A stretch of DNA of 64,000 bases from a virus: the IMG/VR virus record IMGVR_UViG_3300045988_053091, one strand, 5' to 3'. Below the pieces are notes generated by a model, which did not search any database, was not told the origin of the DNA, and saw only the letters and a program-made list of their open reading frames with translations. The position numbers and the translations under genes are program-made. This document shows positions 40,669-50,935 of the stretch, in pieces. Positions within the stretch are counted from its first letter, which is position 1, and the number at the start of each line of letters is the position of its first letter.

Positions 40669-40871
40669 TGGGATTCTTCATTGCTAAATTCTTTATCGCT
40701 CTAATTATACTGTTGCTTGGGGGTATAGCTTTCTCTATTGGTTACTACTTTGTCAAGAAAAATAAAGAAGAGAAACCAGAGGAAGATGAGCATGTTAATA
40801 TTATTAACATTAAAGGTAAAGAACACTACACAGATGATTCTTATGATAAAGATGATTGGTGTGATTTTTAG
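40668..40871 (+). CDS. small membrane protein
   Basis: ORF track 67 aa, N-terminal TM. Confidence 0.55.
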   Translation: MGFFIAKFFIALIILLLGGIAFSIGYYFVKKNKEEKPEEDEHVNIINIKGKEHYTDDSYDKDDWCDF

Positions 40872-40872
40872 G

Positions 40873-40897
40873 ACAGCAGAAATGCTGTTCTTTTTTT
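40873..40897 (+). terminator. intrinsic terminator
   Basis: ACAGCA/TGCTGT stem then TCTTTTTTT. Confidence 0.8.
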
Positions 40898-40909
40898 GTA
40901 AAAAAAGTG

Positions 40910-40938
40910 TTGACTTACTGATACCATAGAGGTATACT
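40910..40938 (+). promoter_or_regulatory. sigma-A-type promoter
   Basis: GTGTTGACT, 17-nt spacer, TATACT. Confidence 0.7.
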
Positions 40939-41038
40939 GTATACATGAAAGGTGAACAAATCATGAGTAAGGTTTTAGTACCAGATAAATGTCCTTACTG
41001 TGGAGCTAAGAGTGAGAATTTAGGGGAGGAAAATTAAG

Positions 41039-41602
41039 ATGAGTGAGCCGTTAAAATTATATGTTGCAGTAAGAGAAGATGGCTTTTATAAAACAGGATA
41101 TAATACTGCTTCCGGAACGATAGTTAAAGATGCACTAATGTGTAGCTATCTTGGAGCTAGAGATAGACTACGTACCCCAAATGAAGTAGAAAAAGGTAAA
41201 GTAGTCGAGGTTGCTGTAGTAGAAAAAGAGCACTACGATAGTTTAAAACATTCAAATGAACTACGTATGAAAAAAGGCGTAATGGACTACGTGGCACCTT
41301 TCTTTAACTTAACAGGAATTAAGTTCTATGAAGTAACTAGTCCTTATTTTGCTCTTATATCAGCTTATAGTCCTAACAAAGCTTTAGAGATATACAAAGA
41401 GCAAGCTTATGCGGATGATGGAGATGAAATCTCTGTTGAACTAAAAGAGGTTTCCCAAGTTCATGCAATACGGATTTTAGCTAAGACTTATTCCGAGGAT
41501 ACGAATACAGCTATTTCACTGGAAGAAGCAGTTAACCAAGTAGAGGAAACTGTAAAAGATAAATATTCTGGTATATTAAGTATTTCGTTAGAACTTGTGT
41601 AA
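41039..41602 (+). CDS. hypothetical protein
   Basis: ORF track 187 aa; GGGGAGG RBS. Confidence 0.65.
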   Translation: MSEPLKLYVAVREDGFYKTGYNTASGTIVKDALMCSYLGARDRLRTPNEVEKGKVVEVAVVEKEHYDSLKHSNELRMKKGVMDYVAPFFNLTGIKFYEVTSPYFALISAYSPNKALEIYKEQAYADDGDEISVELKEVSQVHAIRILAKTYSEDTNTAISLEEAVNQVEETVKDKYSGILSISLELV

Positions 41603-41615
41603 AGGGGAGACTACT

Positions 41616-41792
41616 ATGCGCAACAAGTATCCGGGTTATTGCTACAGGTGCGGTAATTTTGTAGAGAAAGGTCAAGGTCATTTTGAAAGAAAGAATGGCT
41701 ATTGGAGACTACAGCACGCTGACTGTGCTATTAAGTATAGGGGAACAAAAGTACAAGGAAACGGAACAAGACCAACAAAAGGAAGGAAGTAA
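41616..41792 (+). CDS. hypothetical Zn-ribbon-like protein
   Basis: Start moved to ATG 41616 behind a GGGGAG RBS; CYRCG..HADC. Confidence 0.5.
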   Translation: MRNKYPGYCYRCGNFVEKGQGHFERKNGYWRLQHADCAIKYRGTKVQGNGTRPTKGRK

Positions 41793-41885
41793 TTAAAATG
41801 GAAATATGAACTAAGCCACACAAAGACTTTCGTGGTGTAGAAGTATCTTTTATATTACAAAATATAGTAAATACGGAGGTAACAT

Positions 41886-42152
41886 ATGAAGTACAGAAAG
41901 AAACCAGTAGTAATTGAGGCATTTAAATTTGATGGGGATTTTATGGATTCCACAGGAAACTACTATGTCCCAGAATGGATATTAAATGCAGATTACAGTT
42001 TTGAAGAAGGAGAACTTTATATTAAAACACTTGAAGGTTGGATGCACGTTTCTGTGGGAGACTATATCATTCAAGGTGTTCAAGGTGAAGTTTATCCATG
42101 TAAACCAGACATCTTTGCAGACACTTATGAAGAAGTTGAGGAAGGTAACTAA
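41886..42152 (+). CDS. hypothetical protein
   Basis: ORF track 88 aa; GGAGG RBS. Confidence 0.6.
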   Translation: MKYRKKPVVIEAFKFDGDFMDSTGNYYVPEWILNADYSFEEGELYIKTLEGWMHVSVGDYIIQGVQGEVYPCKPDIFADTYEEVEEGN

Positions 42153-42413
42153 ATGAGCACTCAGTTTGTTATAAGAGCCTATGATACAGAGTGGGAGATG
42201 TATATGTATTATACAGCCGGTTTAACTCTCCATGCGTGGTCTTCTAACCCGTCATATGCTCAAATGTATCCCATGCGTGAATCTGCGGTAGGCAGAAGAG
42301 ACACAATGATTCGAATTTTGCTAAAAGAAGGCAAATATAATAATAAGTATAGAAACCTAGAGGTTGTTCCTGTAGAGGTAACAGCTTCCTTAATCAGGAA
42401 GGTGACAAGGTGA
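42153..42413 (+). CDS. hypothetical protein
   Basis: ORF track 86 aa. Confidence 0.6.
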   Translation: MSTQFVIRAYDTEWEMYMYYTAGLTLHAWSSNPSYAQMYPMRESAVGRRDTMIRILLKEGKYNNKYRNLEVVPVEVTASLIRKVTR

Positions 42414-42979
42414 ACTTGTTTAAATCCCTAAAAAAGAAACCAGAACCGACAGTTAGTAACCGAACTAATATTATCCAATATGACGAAATGGGTTACCCAT
42501 TACGCCTTATTTGGATGAGTGATGGCACTAAACGTTGGCTAGATACAGATGAAGAAGCGGGAGATACAGTTCTTAGGAGAACAATAGAGTATATACCGCT
42601 TAATGAACTAATTGAAGATACCGAGTCTAAGCATACGGAGGAAAAGCAATTGATTAAACTAAATGAACATAAATATCTGTTGTGTAAAAAGACATTTATG
42701 TATGGAAGTAGCACATTGTTTATTAAGGGTGAATGCTACCCTATCGAGTATATTGGGAATAAATACTATATAAAAGATAAGGCAGGTACACAGTGGAATC
42801 AAGACTGGTACGACAAGCTATTATACAAAGCGTTTGAACCAGAAGTAACCGAAGATATTAAAATACCAATTAACACAGTGCTAAATAGAATTAGCCTCTC
42901 GTCAGATATGGATGAACTTGAAGATTGGCTTAAAGCTTACCGAGAAGGTTATCACGATTGTAGGGAGGAACAAGAATGA
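42410..42979 (+). CDS. hypothetical protein
   Basis: ORF track 189 aa; overlapping start. Confidence 0.6.
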   Translation: MNLFKSLKKKPEPTVSNRTNIIQYDEMGYPLRLIWMSDGTKRWLDTDEEAGDTVLRRTIEYIPLNELIEDTESKHTEEKQLIKLNEHKYLLCKKTFMYGSSTLFIKGECYPIEYIGNKYYIKDKAGTQWNQDWYDKLLYKAFEPEVTEDIKIPINTVLNRISLSSDMDELEDWLKAYREGYHDCREEQE

Positions 42980-43326
42980 CACCATATATTACTATGTTTG
43001 TTATGTTAGTAGGAGCACATGCTGTAGGAGACTATGCACTACAAAGTGAATATATTGCAAGAGAAAAAACACGAGACTTGTATGTGTTATTTATCCATGC
43101 AACTATTTGGACTTTTACAATTGCTATGACAGGTTACCTAATTGGTTTGTCTATTACATTAGCACACATTTTACTTGTTCTATGGTTACCACACTTTGTA
43201 ATGGACTATCTCAAAGCACAAAGTACATGGTTTCCTTCAATAGTACCAGACCCAAAAACACAATTAACAATTGACCAAACAGTTCATTACCTTCAATTGC
43301 TAATTCTATTAATAGTCACAACATAA
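42976..43326 (+). CDS. membrane protein, DUF3307-like
   Basis: HAVGDYALQSEYIA motif and 3-4 TM helices. Confidence 0.5.
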   Translation: MTPYITMFVMLVGAHAVGDYALQSEYIAREKTRDLYVLFIHATIWTFTIAMTGYLIGLSITLAHILLVLWLPHFVMDYLKAQSTWFPSIVPDPKTQLTIDQTVHYLQLLILLIVTT

Positions 43327-43353
43327 TCATAATTAAATTGCATAGAGGAGTAA

Positions 43354-43887
<534 letters not shown>

Positions 43888-44463
43888 ATGAGTAAGATTT
43901 GGTTTACATCCGACACACACTTTGGACAAGAACGTACTTTCAAATACTCCATGCGAGGTATGTATTTTGATAATGTAGAACATGCTGATTTAGCTATGAT
44001 AGAACGGTGGAACGATGTTGTAGATGAAGAAGACACTGTTTACCATTTAGGAGATTTCGGTAACTTCGAAGTAGCTAAACAGCTTAAAGGTAAAATTCAT
44101 TTATTATTTGGTAACTACGAACGGGATGGAAAAGGTGGACTTATTACTCCGGAACAAGAAAACTACTTTGAGTTTGTTCGAAAAGGAACAGTTGTCACCC
44201 TTGTAGACCAAAAATTAGTTCTTGTCCATGAGCCTTCCCATATGAGTTATTCAGAAGATAAAATCAAAGATGGGTATTTTGGCTTATTCGGACATATTCA
44301 TGAAAAGCAAAAAGTAAAACGTAATGCTCTTAACGTAGGGGTAGACGTACACAACTTCACCCCAGTTAGTCTAGAAACTGTAGAGTTCTATCGGAATGCC
44401 ATTCAAAATGTATACAATGCAGAGTGCTTCGATAACTTTGAATTGGGAGGGTTGCTAGAATGA
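43888..44463 (+). CDS. calcineurin-like metallophosphoesterase 1
   Basis: SDTHFG, HLGDFG, GNYE, HEPS, GHIHE. Confidence 0.75.
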   Translation: MSKIWFTSDTHFGQERTFKYSMRGMYFDNVEHADLAMIERWNDVVDEEDTVYHLGDFGNFEVAKQLKGKIHLLFGNYERDGKGGLITPEQENYFEFVRKGTVVTLVDQKLVLVHEPSHMSYSEDKIKDGYFGLFGHIHEKQKVKRNALNVGVDVHNFTPVSLETVEFYRNAIQNVYNAECFDNFELGGLLE

Positions 44464-45068
44464 AAACATATGTAATTTCAGACATGCACTTTAATCACCA
44501 CAATATTTGTGGAGAAGATGGCTTTGTAGAAACAAGGCGCAGGTTTGCTGATGTAGATGAAATGAACGCTTACTTAATCAAAACATGGAACAAACGGGTA
44601 AAACCGGAAGATACTGTGTACCATCTAGGTGACTTTGCCATGAACCAGAAACCAAAGGATACTCTAGAGATTCTTCGTAAGCTAAACGGTATCATTATCA
44701 TGGTTAAAGGAAACCACGACAGTACCAAGCTTTTAAAAACAATTAATCGGGATGAGGAATTACGTGAACGAGTATTTTGGAGTGATGTTGGTGTAATACT
44801 AAAGCAGGAAAGAAAAATCATCCATTTAACACACTATCCACTTATTATTGGTAGTCGAGGAAACCGAGTAAACTTACATGGACACATTCACGAAATGGCT
44901 TATCAAGAACCTAACTTATTAAATGTAGGTGTCGATTCACCAGAATTAACTTTACATCCTTTTGGGACACCATACACAATTAAAGAGTGTATTGACCTGA
45001 TTGAAGAAAAGGAAAAGCGTTTCAATGAGTCCGGCTTAACTTATACGAAACATGGTACAATAGAATGA
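44460..45068 (+). CDS. calcineurin-like metallophosphoesterase 2
   Basis: SDMHFNH, HLGDFA, GNHDS, THYP, HGHIHE. Confidence 0.75.
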   Translation: MKTYVISDMHFNHHNICGEDGFVETRRRFADVDEMNAYLIKTWNKRVKPEDTVYHLGDFAMNQKPKDTLEILRKLNGIIIMVKGNHDSTKLLKTINRDEELRERVFWSDVGVILKQERKIIHLTHYPLIIGSRGNRVNLHGHIHEMAYQEPNLLNVGVDSPELTLHPFGTPYTIKECIDLIEEKEKRFNESGLTYTKHGTIE

Positions 45069-45322
45069 GACCGACATACGAACATGTTTTAGGAAAGAGG
45101 TACCGTCCTAAAAAGCGGTACCCTAAATTATTAATGCGAGAAGTCATTCCAACAAGAGTTTACTATGATTACCCTCGCAGGCTTCCTTGGGAACCAATAG
45201 ACCCTCATGCAGTTAAACACAAATACGTTGAGTTTGTATTTATGTACGAGAGTAAGCAGGTTACTGAACGATATGACTGGTATGCGTTCTTTCGATATTT
45301 TGAGAAAGTAGAGGACGATTAA
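45065..45322 (+). CDS. hypothetical protein
   Basis: ORF track 85 aa. Confidence 0.55.
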   Translation: MRPTYEHVLGKRYRPKKRYPKLLMREVIPTRVYYDYPRRLPWEPIDPHAVKHKYVEFVFMYESKQVTERYDWYAFFRYFEKVEDD

Positions 45323-46062
45323 TGAGCAAAGAGAAAGCGTTCGTAGTATCAGATATACATGGTATGTACGATGAATTTATGGAGTTATTAAAAAATTGGA
45401 ATCGTGAAGAACAGGAATTGATTCTTTTAGGAGATTATGTAGACAGAGGTCTCCAATCAAAAGAAGTTCTAGGTTTTGTTTACGAACATATGGCTTCTGG
45501 TGGCACAGCAATTAAAGGGAACCATGACCAAATGCTATTAGATTTTCTTAGTTTCCCATTAAGATTAGAACCAGATTACGAGGACTTGCAAGAGATATAC
45601 TCAGTGTGGTATTATCAAGGAGGTCAAGAGACAGCTAATTCTATTCTAGGAACTAAGACAGCTTCTCTTAGCGCCCTAGCGTTGCGTACAGAGCTTCTTA
45701 ATAACTCTAATGTAAAAGACACCTTGGAACTCCTAGAACCTTACTACGAGTTCGGTAACGTGCTATTTGTGCATGGGGGTATTCCGAGATGGAGACAGCC
45801 AGACTGGAAAACAGCAGAGGAACATGAAATGCTTTGGACTAGACCAAATCCATTCCAAAAGAACGAGACAAGTAAAACTATTATTGTAGGACATACACCT
45901 ACAGTTAACTTCCATAAAGGTAATAACTGTGATATTTATTTAGGAGACCGTACAATATACATTGATGGTGCTTGCGCCTATGGCGGACAGTTAAACGGTA
46001 TTGTTGTAGATAAAGACGGTAATATCCAAGAGAAATATTTTGTACCGAAAAAACATACTTAA
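45322..46062 (+). CDS. PPP-family Ser/Thr phosphatase / ApaH-PrpE-like diadenosine tetraphosphatase
   Basis: VSDIHGMYDEF, LLGDYVDRG, GNHDQ, VHGG, VGHTP. Confidence 0.75.
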   Translation: MSKEKAFVVSDIHGMYDEFMELLKNWNREEQELILLGDYVDRGLQSKEVLGFVYEHMASGGTAIKGNHDQMLLDFLSFPLRLEPDYEDLQEIYSVWYYQGGQETANSILGTKTASLSALALRTELLNNSNVKDTLELLEPYYEFGNVLFVHGGIPRWRQPDWKTAEEHEMLWTRPNPFQKNETSKTIIVGHTPTVNFHKGNNCDIYLGDRTIYIDGACAYGGQLNGIVVDKDGNIQEKYFVPKKHT

Positions 46063-46085
46063 TTGTATGTTTTTTTATTTTATTG

Positions 46086-46115
46086 TTGACTTTTGTAAGG
46101 CTTAACATGTATACT
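46086..46115 (+). promoter_or_regulatory. sigma-A-type promoter
   Basis: TTGACT, 18-nt spacer, TATACT. Confidence 0.6.
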
Positions 46116-46135
46116 GTTTACATGGAGGTGAAAAC

Positions 46136-46456
46136 ATGTTAGACAGATTAAAGAAGCGGTTTAATAAAAAGTTGGATAACTGGGCATTTTCTCGAGTTGG
46201 AAAGAGTCCTCTTATAAAAGAGCCAATAACAGTCACCCATGTACACCAGAAAGTGTTACCTTACAGAGTAAGCTTAGATGTGAGTGTATTTGACAGTGAT
46301 GAACTTGTAAACTTACGAATGCTAGAAGCTTCACATAAGTTAGGAGAAGGACTACTAAGAGAAGGTGTAATCAAGAAGATAAAAGATGAAGTACATGAAA
46401 TAGAACCGATTAGAACCATTGTATTAGAAGCATACGTTGCAAAAGAAGAAAGATAA
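46136..46456 (+). CDS. hypothetical protein
   Basis: ORF track 106 aa; GGAGGTG RBS. Confidence 0.6.
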   Translation: MLDRLKKRFNKKLDNWAFSRVGKSPLIKEPITVTHVHQKVLPYRVSLDVSVFDSDELVNLRMLEASHKLGEGLLREGVIKKIKDEVHEIEPIRTIVLEAYVAKEER

Positions 46457-46465
46457 GAGAGGTAA

Positions 46466-48106
46466 TTGGATGTGGCAAAAGAATCGAAAACTGTTGCAGT
46501 ACACTATAGAAAACACTGCAAAAATATAAACAGACCACAATATGAGAGTGATTTTACTAAACGTATAAACGAGCTTGAAACTATCGGCATAGTTGTTCAA
46601 GACATTTATTTTTCTAAGTCTAGTGAGTCTGTCTACGTAACGTTTACCCTAGGAAATCGTAATGAAAACCGTTTAAATTTAAAAGGTAAACGATATATTG
46701 GGCAGTTTGCTATTTCGAGTCATGAACGTTTCTATGATACGACAATCAGAACATTTAAGACTCAGAAGGCAAAAGATGCAAACGATTTATTTAAACAGAT
46801 TTTGCAAGAGATGAACACCGCTTTAGCTTATGAAAACAAAATCAGTCAGTATGTTGTAACTATTGAGGAACGAGAATTAGAGGCACTTCGTATAATTGAT
46901 AAACTAGGCAGACAAAAACGTGGGTTAGAGGTGGAGCACGAAGCTTTTGTTGAGCAAAAGAACTTCCCTGTCTTCTATATGGAGTATGGTTATAAACAAA
47001 TATTAAAACTTATTGAAGATAAAGCAACGAACGCTATGTTACTTTCTTTGCGATATAAAGGGTGTATTCAAGATTACAACGAAGGTATCAATAGTCGAGG
47101 TAAGGTTACGTTAACCTCAATTGGAAAGCAAATGTTATTGCAATATGGAGAAGACCCAAGTGATACATTATGGAGAGAGTTTTGTCTCCGTAAAACATTT
47201 GATTTATGGGATAATGATTTAGATAACATGGAAGTTGAGGAAGACACGTCTGCTACTATTGATGTTCCAGTAGATGAAGAATTAACTAAACTAAAAATTT
47301 CCGAAGATTGGTATACTGCGTTTGACCTGCTGTTCTATAAACTTCAAAAGAAGGAAGCACTAGTCAAGGACGAGCAGTTCTTATGGAAAGAACTTTTAGG
47401 TAGTTTTATTGAGTCTCATCTGCCAGAAACCCAAGAATTTATCCATGTAGGATTTGTCCCGAGTAGCTTACTAACTACTATTTTTATCGGGGAAGATAGT
47501 GACCTAGAGGGGGCTACTATATATGGAATCTCTTGTGCAAAAGAGGTAATAAATACGTCTGACTATATCAGTATTTCTTACTCTGGTAAGAGACCTGTAA
47601 CCTTCTTAAGTAGCATTGTAGAATGGATAAATGCAGACCATTCAAAATACCAAAAATCATTCTCAGAAGATGACTTGCGATGCTATTTACAGCTTAAGTT
47701 CCTAGAACAATCAAAGGTTGGTTTAACTACTACAGAGTACTTCTTAAATAGTGATACTACAATGAAGTTATCTGCACAAGCAATTCCAATTTATATGGAA
47801 CAACGATTGAAGAAGAAAATAACATATTCTCCGGCTTTAGAAGACGAAAACATTACAAGAATGTTTAAGTTGTTATGTAAGCTAAGTAAAAATCAGGCAA
47901 TTATAGCAAACCCTACGGATAAGAAACGGATACGATTAATAACAACGGGTAGTTCAGATGCTATCTTCCGTTATGTTGAATCAGAGATGCTATATGTACG
48001 AGACAACATCATGTATGAAGACAAAGCAGAGTATCCGATTGTACAGGACGTAGAAAAAGGTTTGATTACTTATATTAACGTAGCTTCCTTATTATCTGTA
48101 CAATAA
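46466..48106 (+). CDS. hypothetical protein (546 aa)
   Basis: ORF track; TTG start after a GAGAGG RBS; no motif recognised. Confidence 0.6.
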   Translation: MDVAKESKTVAVHYRKHCKNINRPQYESDFTKRINELETIGIVVQDIYFSKSSESVYVTFTLGNRNENRLNLKGKRYIGQFAISSHERFYDTTIRTFKTQKAKDANDLFKQILQEMNTALAYENKISQYVVTIEERELEALRIIDKLGRQKRGLEVEHEAFVEQKNFPVFYMEYGYKQILKLIEDKATNAMLLSLRYKGCIQDYNEGINSRGKVTLTSIGKQMLLQYGEDPSDTLWREFCLRKTFDLWDNDLDNMEVEEDTSATIDVPVDEELTKLKISEDWYTAFDLLFYKLQKKEALVKDEQFLWKELLGSFIESHLPETQEFIHVGFVPSSLLTTIFIGEDSDLEGATIYGISCAKEVINTSDYISISYSGKRPVTFLSSIVEWINADHSKYQKSFSEDDLRCYLQLKFLEQSKVGLTTTEYFLNSDTTMKLSAQAIPIYMEQRLKKKITYSPALEDENITRMFKLLCKLSKNQAIIANPTDKKRIRLITTGSSDAIFRYVESEMLYVRDNIMYEDKAEYPIVQDVEKGLITYINVASLLSVQ

Positions 48107-48123
48107 AAAAGTTACCCAGAGTG

Positions 48124-48152
48124 TTGACAGATGCTTTGGGTTTTGATATACT
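48124..48152 (+). promoter_or_regulatory. sigma-A-type promoter
   Basis: GTGTTGACA, 17-nt spacer, TGATATACT. Confidence 0.7.
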
Positions 48153-48181
48153 TTAGGTAACAAATAAGGAGGAGATAAATC

Positions 48182-48445
48182 ATGGCAAGTGGCACAAAGG
48201 AAGAATTTGTACAAATCTGTGAACTATTACAGGAGCTGTATGACTTAAAAGGACATCACACAAGATTCCATCAGTTTATGTATAATGTTAACCATGAGTT
48301 CTATAGACGTATTGGTGTGGACTATGCGTATCATAGAGAACTAGGAGCCGTATATGTTCAAGACATGTTTAATATAGAAAATCCAAGGTACATTAATTTT
48401 TTACAAAGTGAAATTCAAAAAGCGAAGGAGGAGCAATATGTGTAA
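48182..48445 (+). CDS. hypothetical protein
   Basis: ORF track 87 aa; AGGAGG RBS. Confidence 0.6.
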   Translation: MASGTKEEFVQICELLQELYDLKGHHTRFHQFMYNVNHEFYRRIGVDYAYHRELGAVYVQDMFNIENPRYINFLQSEIQKAKEEQYV

Positions 48446-48830
48446 TTGGTGTGAGGGTGGAGCATTACTTTATAATTTAGAGGACGAATCCGGAGGTATC
48501 GGAGTAGACATAGACCATAATGTGCTACGTGTACAATTTGGCTTCCATAGTTACGGGAATGTTCGTACGACAATGACCGCAGAAGCTAGAACATTTATTA
48601 AGTATTGCCCAATGTGTGGTGAGCATCTTAAGGGAGTATTTAACATTGGAGATTGTGTTCTCTACTCACCGTCAGGACTTTATACAAGAAATGAACAACT
48701 AATGGGAGCTAATTTAATAATTATTGGGTATGATGAAGATAAACTTAGAGTAGCAGTTCTCAATAAAGACGGAATTAGGGGTGAAGAACATTATTCAGTA
48801 TCACCAACAGACCTCCTTTTAAGACAGTAG
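48438..48830 (+). CDS. hypothetical protein with CxxC..CPMC
   Basis: Start moved to ATG 48438 behind an AAGGAGGAG RBS. Confidence 0.55.
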   Translation: MCNWCEGGALLYNLEDESGGIGVDIDHNVLRVQFGFHSYGNVRTTMTAEARTFIKYCPMCGEHLKGVFNIGDCVLYSPSGLYTRNEQLMGANLIIIGYDEDKLRVAVLNKDGIRGEEHYSVSPTDLLLRQ

Positions 48831-48834
48831 CAAA

Positions 48835-49005
48835 CCGGGCGTGTCACATTAACGGTATGTATAAGGGTGTGTTTATCCTTAGCCCTTACCTAGATAGTAA
48901 CCTCCGCTGTTAGCGGACAGGTCTAGGTACGAGGCTTTTATCCGAGTCTAATCAAGTAAGCTTTCAGCTAAGGTGTGTATCTTAGACTCTATTCACGCAC
49001 ACCGG
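48835..49005 (+). promoter_or_regulatory. structured GC-richer 170-nt leader / small RNA candidate
   Basis: Closing helices 48835-48843 with 48994-49005, nested hairpins 48889-48927 (inner TCCGCT/AGCGGA), and the 8-bp stem 48944-48951 with 48982-48989. Confidence 0.35.
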
Positions 49006-49017
49006 AAAGGAAAATAT

Positions 49018-49464
49018 ATGGATTTAGGAGCAAATGAAACAGAGAATCGTATTACTCTTCTATTAGACTATACAAAAGACCACCTATATGAAATAGACAA
49101 TCGTCTCAAGATGGCTTACTATAAACCAGTCTTTTATGATGCGCAATATGACCAATTGATTATTCGATTACGCTTTTCTATCTATGATAAATACACAGTT
49201 GAACGAGTCCTCATTATTGGCAGTAATACCATTGACTATTACATGTTAGCTACTGATGAATATTACCTAGCTAAATATGTAGGTGAAAAGTTACGTGCAG
49301 AGATTGACTATTGTTCTTCTCTTGCAGATATGTTTGAACGCCAATCAGACAAGAAGATTCGGCTTAAACGTAAGTATCAGGAAGTCAAGCGCAACACCCG
49401 TGTTTTATCACGTAAATTTAAACCTCATACAGGGAACCAACGAATGAAAAGGAGAGAGAAATAA
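49018..49464 (+). CDS. hypothetical protein
   Basis: Start moved to ATG 49018 behind a GGAAAGGA RBS. Confidence 0.55.
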   Translation: MDLGANETENRITLLLDYTKDHLYEIDNRLKMAYYKPVFYDAQYDQLIIRLRFSIYDKYTVERVLIIGSNTIDYYMLATDEYYLAKYVGEKLRAEIDYCSSLADMFERQSDKKIRLKRKYQEVKRNTRVLSRKFKPHTGNQRMKRREK

Positions 49465-49760
49465 TGTTAAACATGAAAGTACTAGACTACCGTATTACCA
49501 GTGATGCAGACAACGTAACGGTGAGACGAGTGGTTCGCAATGAAAAAGATGAAATTACTTACGATAAAAAAGGAAACGAGAATGTTTCTTTAGTCGGTTA
49601 CCAAACAAACCTTACCAAAGCCTTACACATGATTCAACGTCACTGGGTCTTAGGTGGAAATGGAAAAGAGATTACAACTATCCGAGAATACCAAGAAGCC
49701 ATTGAAGAAATCACTGAAATTGCAAAACGTGAACTTGATTTAGATGAAGCATTTAAATAG
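49464..49760 (+). CDS. hypothetical protein
   Basis: ORF track 98 aa; TAATG overlap. Confidence 0.6.
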   Translation: MLNMKVLDYRITSDADNVTVRRVVRNEKDEITYDKKGNENVSLVGYQTNLTKALHMIQRHWVLGGNGKEITTIREYQEAIEEITEIAKRELDLDEAFK

Positions 49761-49773
49761 GGGGGCTGTACAA

Positions 49774-50004
49774 ATGTATAAAGGAATTATCTTAGAAGAA
49801 AAAGAAATGTATCCGACTTGTCCATTCTGTGAAGAGACTATGAAAGACAGCGAAGACCTGTATCATTCCGGAATCTATGATTCAGATAACGTGGAGGATG
49901 GTGCAAATTGGAAAACAACGTGTCCAAGCTGTAATAAGGTCTTCTATGTTAGAACGCAGGTACATTATTCTTACGAAACGTTTAAAGACAAAGACCATAT
50001 TTAA
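49774..50004 (+). CDS. hypothetical Zn-ribbon protein
   Basis: Start moved to ATG 49774; CPFC..CPSC. Confidence 0.55.
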   Translation: MYKGIILEEKEMYPTCPFCEETMKDSEDLYHSGIYDSDNVEDGANWKTTCPSCNKVFYVRTQVHYSYETFKDKDHI

Positions 50005-50033
50005 GGGCGATTACAATGTCCTAGAGAGAGAAA

Positions 50034-50064
50034 AATCCTAGTAAATACTGGGATTTTTTTTTAT
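50034..50064 (+). terminator. intrinsic terminator
   Basis: AATCCTA/TGGGATT stem then TTTTTTTTT. Confidence 0.8.
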
Positions 50065-50073
50065 TTAAAATTG

Positions 50074-50102
50074 TTGACGTACTGAAAGGTATCTGATATA
50101 CT
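50074..50102 (+). promoter_or_regulatory. sigma-A-type promoter
   Basis: TTGACG, 17-nt spacer, TGATATACT. Confidence 0.7.
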
Positions 50103-50134
50103 ATGGGTATAGATAGTTAAGGGGGGAAGAAAAT

Positions 50135-50617
50135 ATGCTTAAAGCATCAAATTTAAAACATGGAGACACTATTAAATATTTGTCTAGTACCAATGACAAG
50201 TTTATAAAGAACAAAGTATATCTAGTATGGGTAGTTGACCATAGCGGGATTCCAGCTGTATTATCAGAAGAACAGCACTATGTATCTGTCACTGATTTAA
50301 ACCCGCAGAACTGGGAAAATAGTAAAGGGCAGGTAATGGAAAAGATTAACTTGAATGAAGTAGTTACTGAACTAGGTGTTAATAAGAATGATACAGAAGA
50401 GTATACACGTGCTCTATCTGATACACTACGAGGATATATTCACAGCGCAAGAGAAGAGCAAGGGTTATCGCAACGGGCATTAGCTACGAAGGCAGGCATT
50501 ACACAGAAAGCCATCTCTACATATGAAAATGGGTTAACTGTAATTAGCTTACCGTCCTTGTTTAAGATTATGGCTGTGTTAGATATAGAAGTAATAATTT
50601 CAATTCCGGGGGAGTAA
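50135..50617 (+). CDS. protein with C-terminal XRE-type HTH
   Basis: QGLSQRALATKAGITQKAISTYENG. Confidence 0.65.
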   Translation: MLKASNLKHGDTIKYLSSTNDKFIKNKVYLVWVVDHSGIPAVLSEEQHYVSVTDLNPQNWENSKGQVMEKINLNEVVTELGVNKNDTEEYTRALSDTLRGYIHSAREEQGLSQRALATKAGITQKAISTYENGLTVISLPSLFKIMAVLDIEVIISIPGE

Positions 50618-50620
50618 CAA

Positions 50621-50935
50621 GTGACCGTTGTAAATAATACTATACTAGATAACCTGTCCTTTATAAATATGACAGAGCGTGCTTTACTACTACACAGTTA
50701 TCTGTATTATGAATTAGATGCAATTATAATACCAGATTATCAATTTGACCAACTCATGTATAGGATGGTTGAATTGAAAAAGTGGGATGAGTTTAAAGAA
50801 TCGGAATTTTATGAAGAGTTTAAAGACTTCGAAGGTGCTACCGGTATGAACTTAGATTATGATAAACACTTTTGTCGTAAATGGGCACATATATGGGGTC
50901 TGGATAAGGATAAAACAGGAGGAAAGAAAAAATGA
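50621..50935 (+). CDS. hypothetical protein
   Basis: ORF track 104 aa; GTG start. Confidence 0.55.
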   Translation: MTVVNNTILDNLSFINMTERALLLHSYLYYELDAIIIPDYQFDQLMYRMVELKKWDEFKESEFYEEFKDFEGATGMNLDYDKHFCRKWAHIWGLDKDKTGGKKK

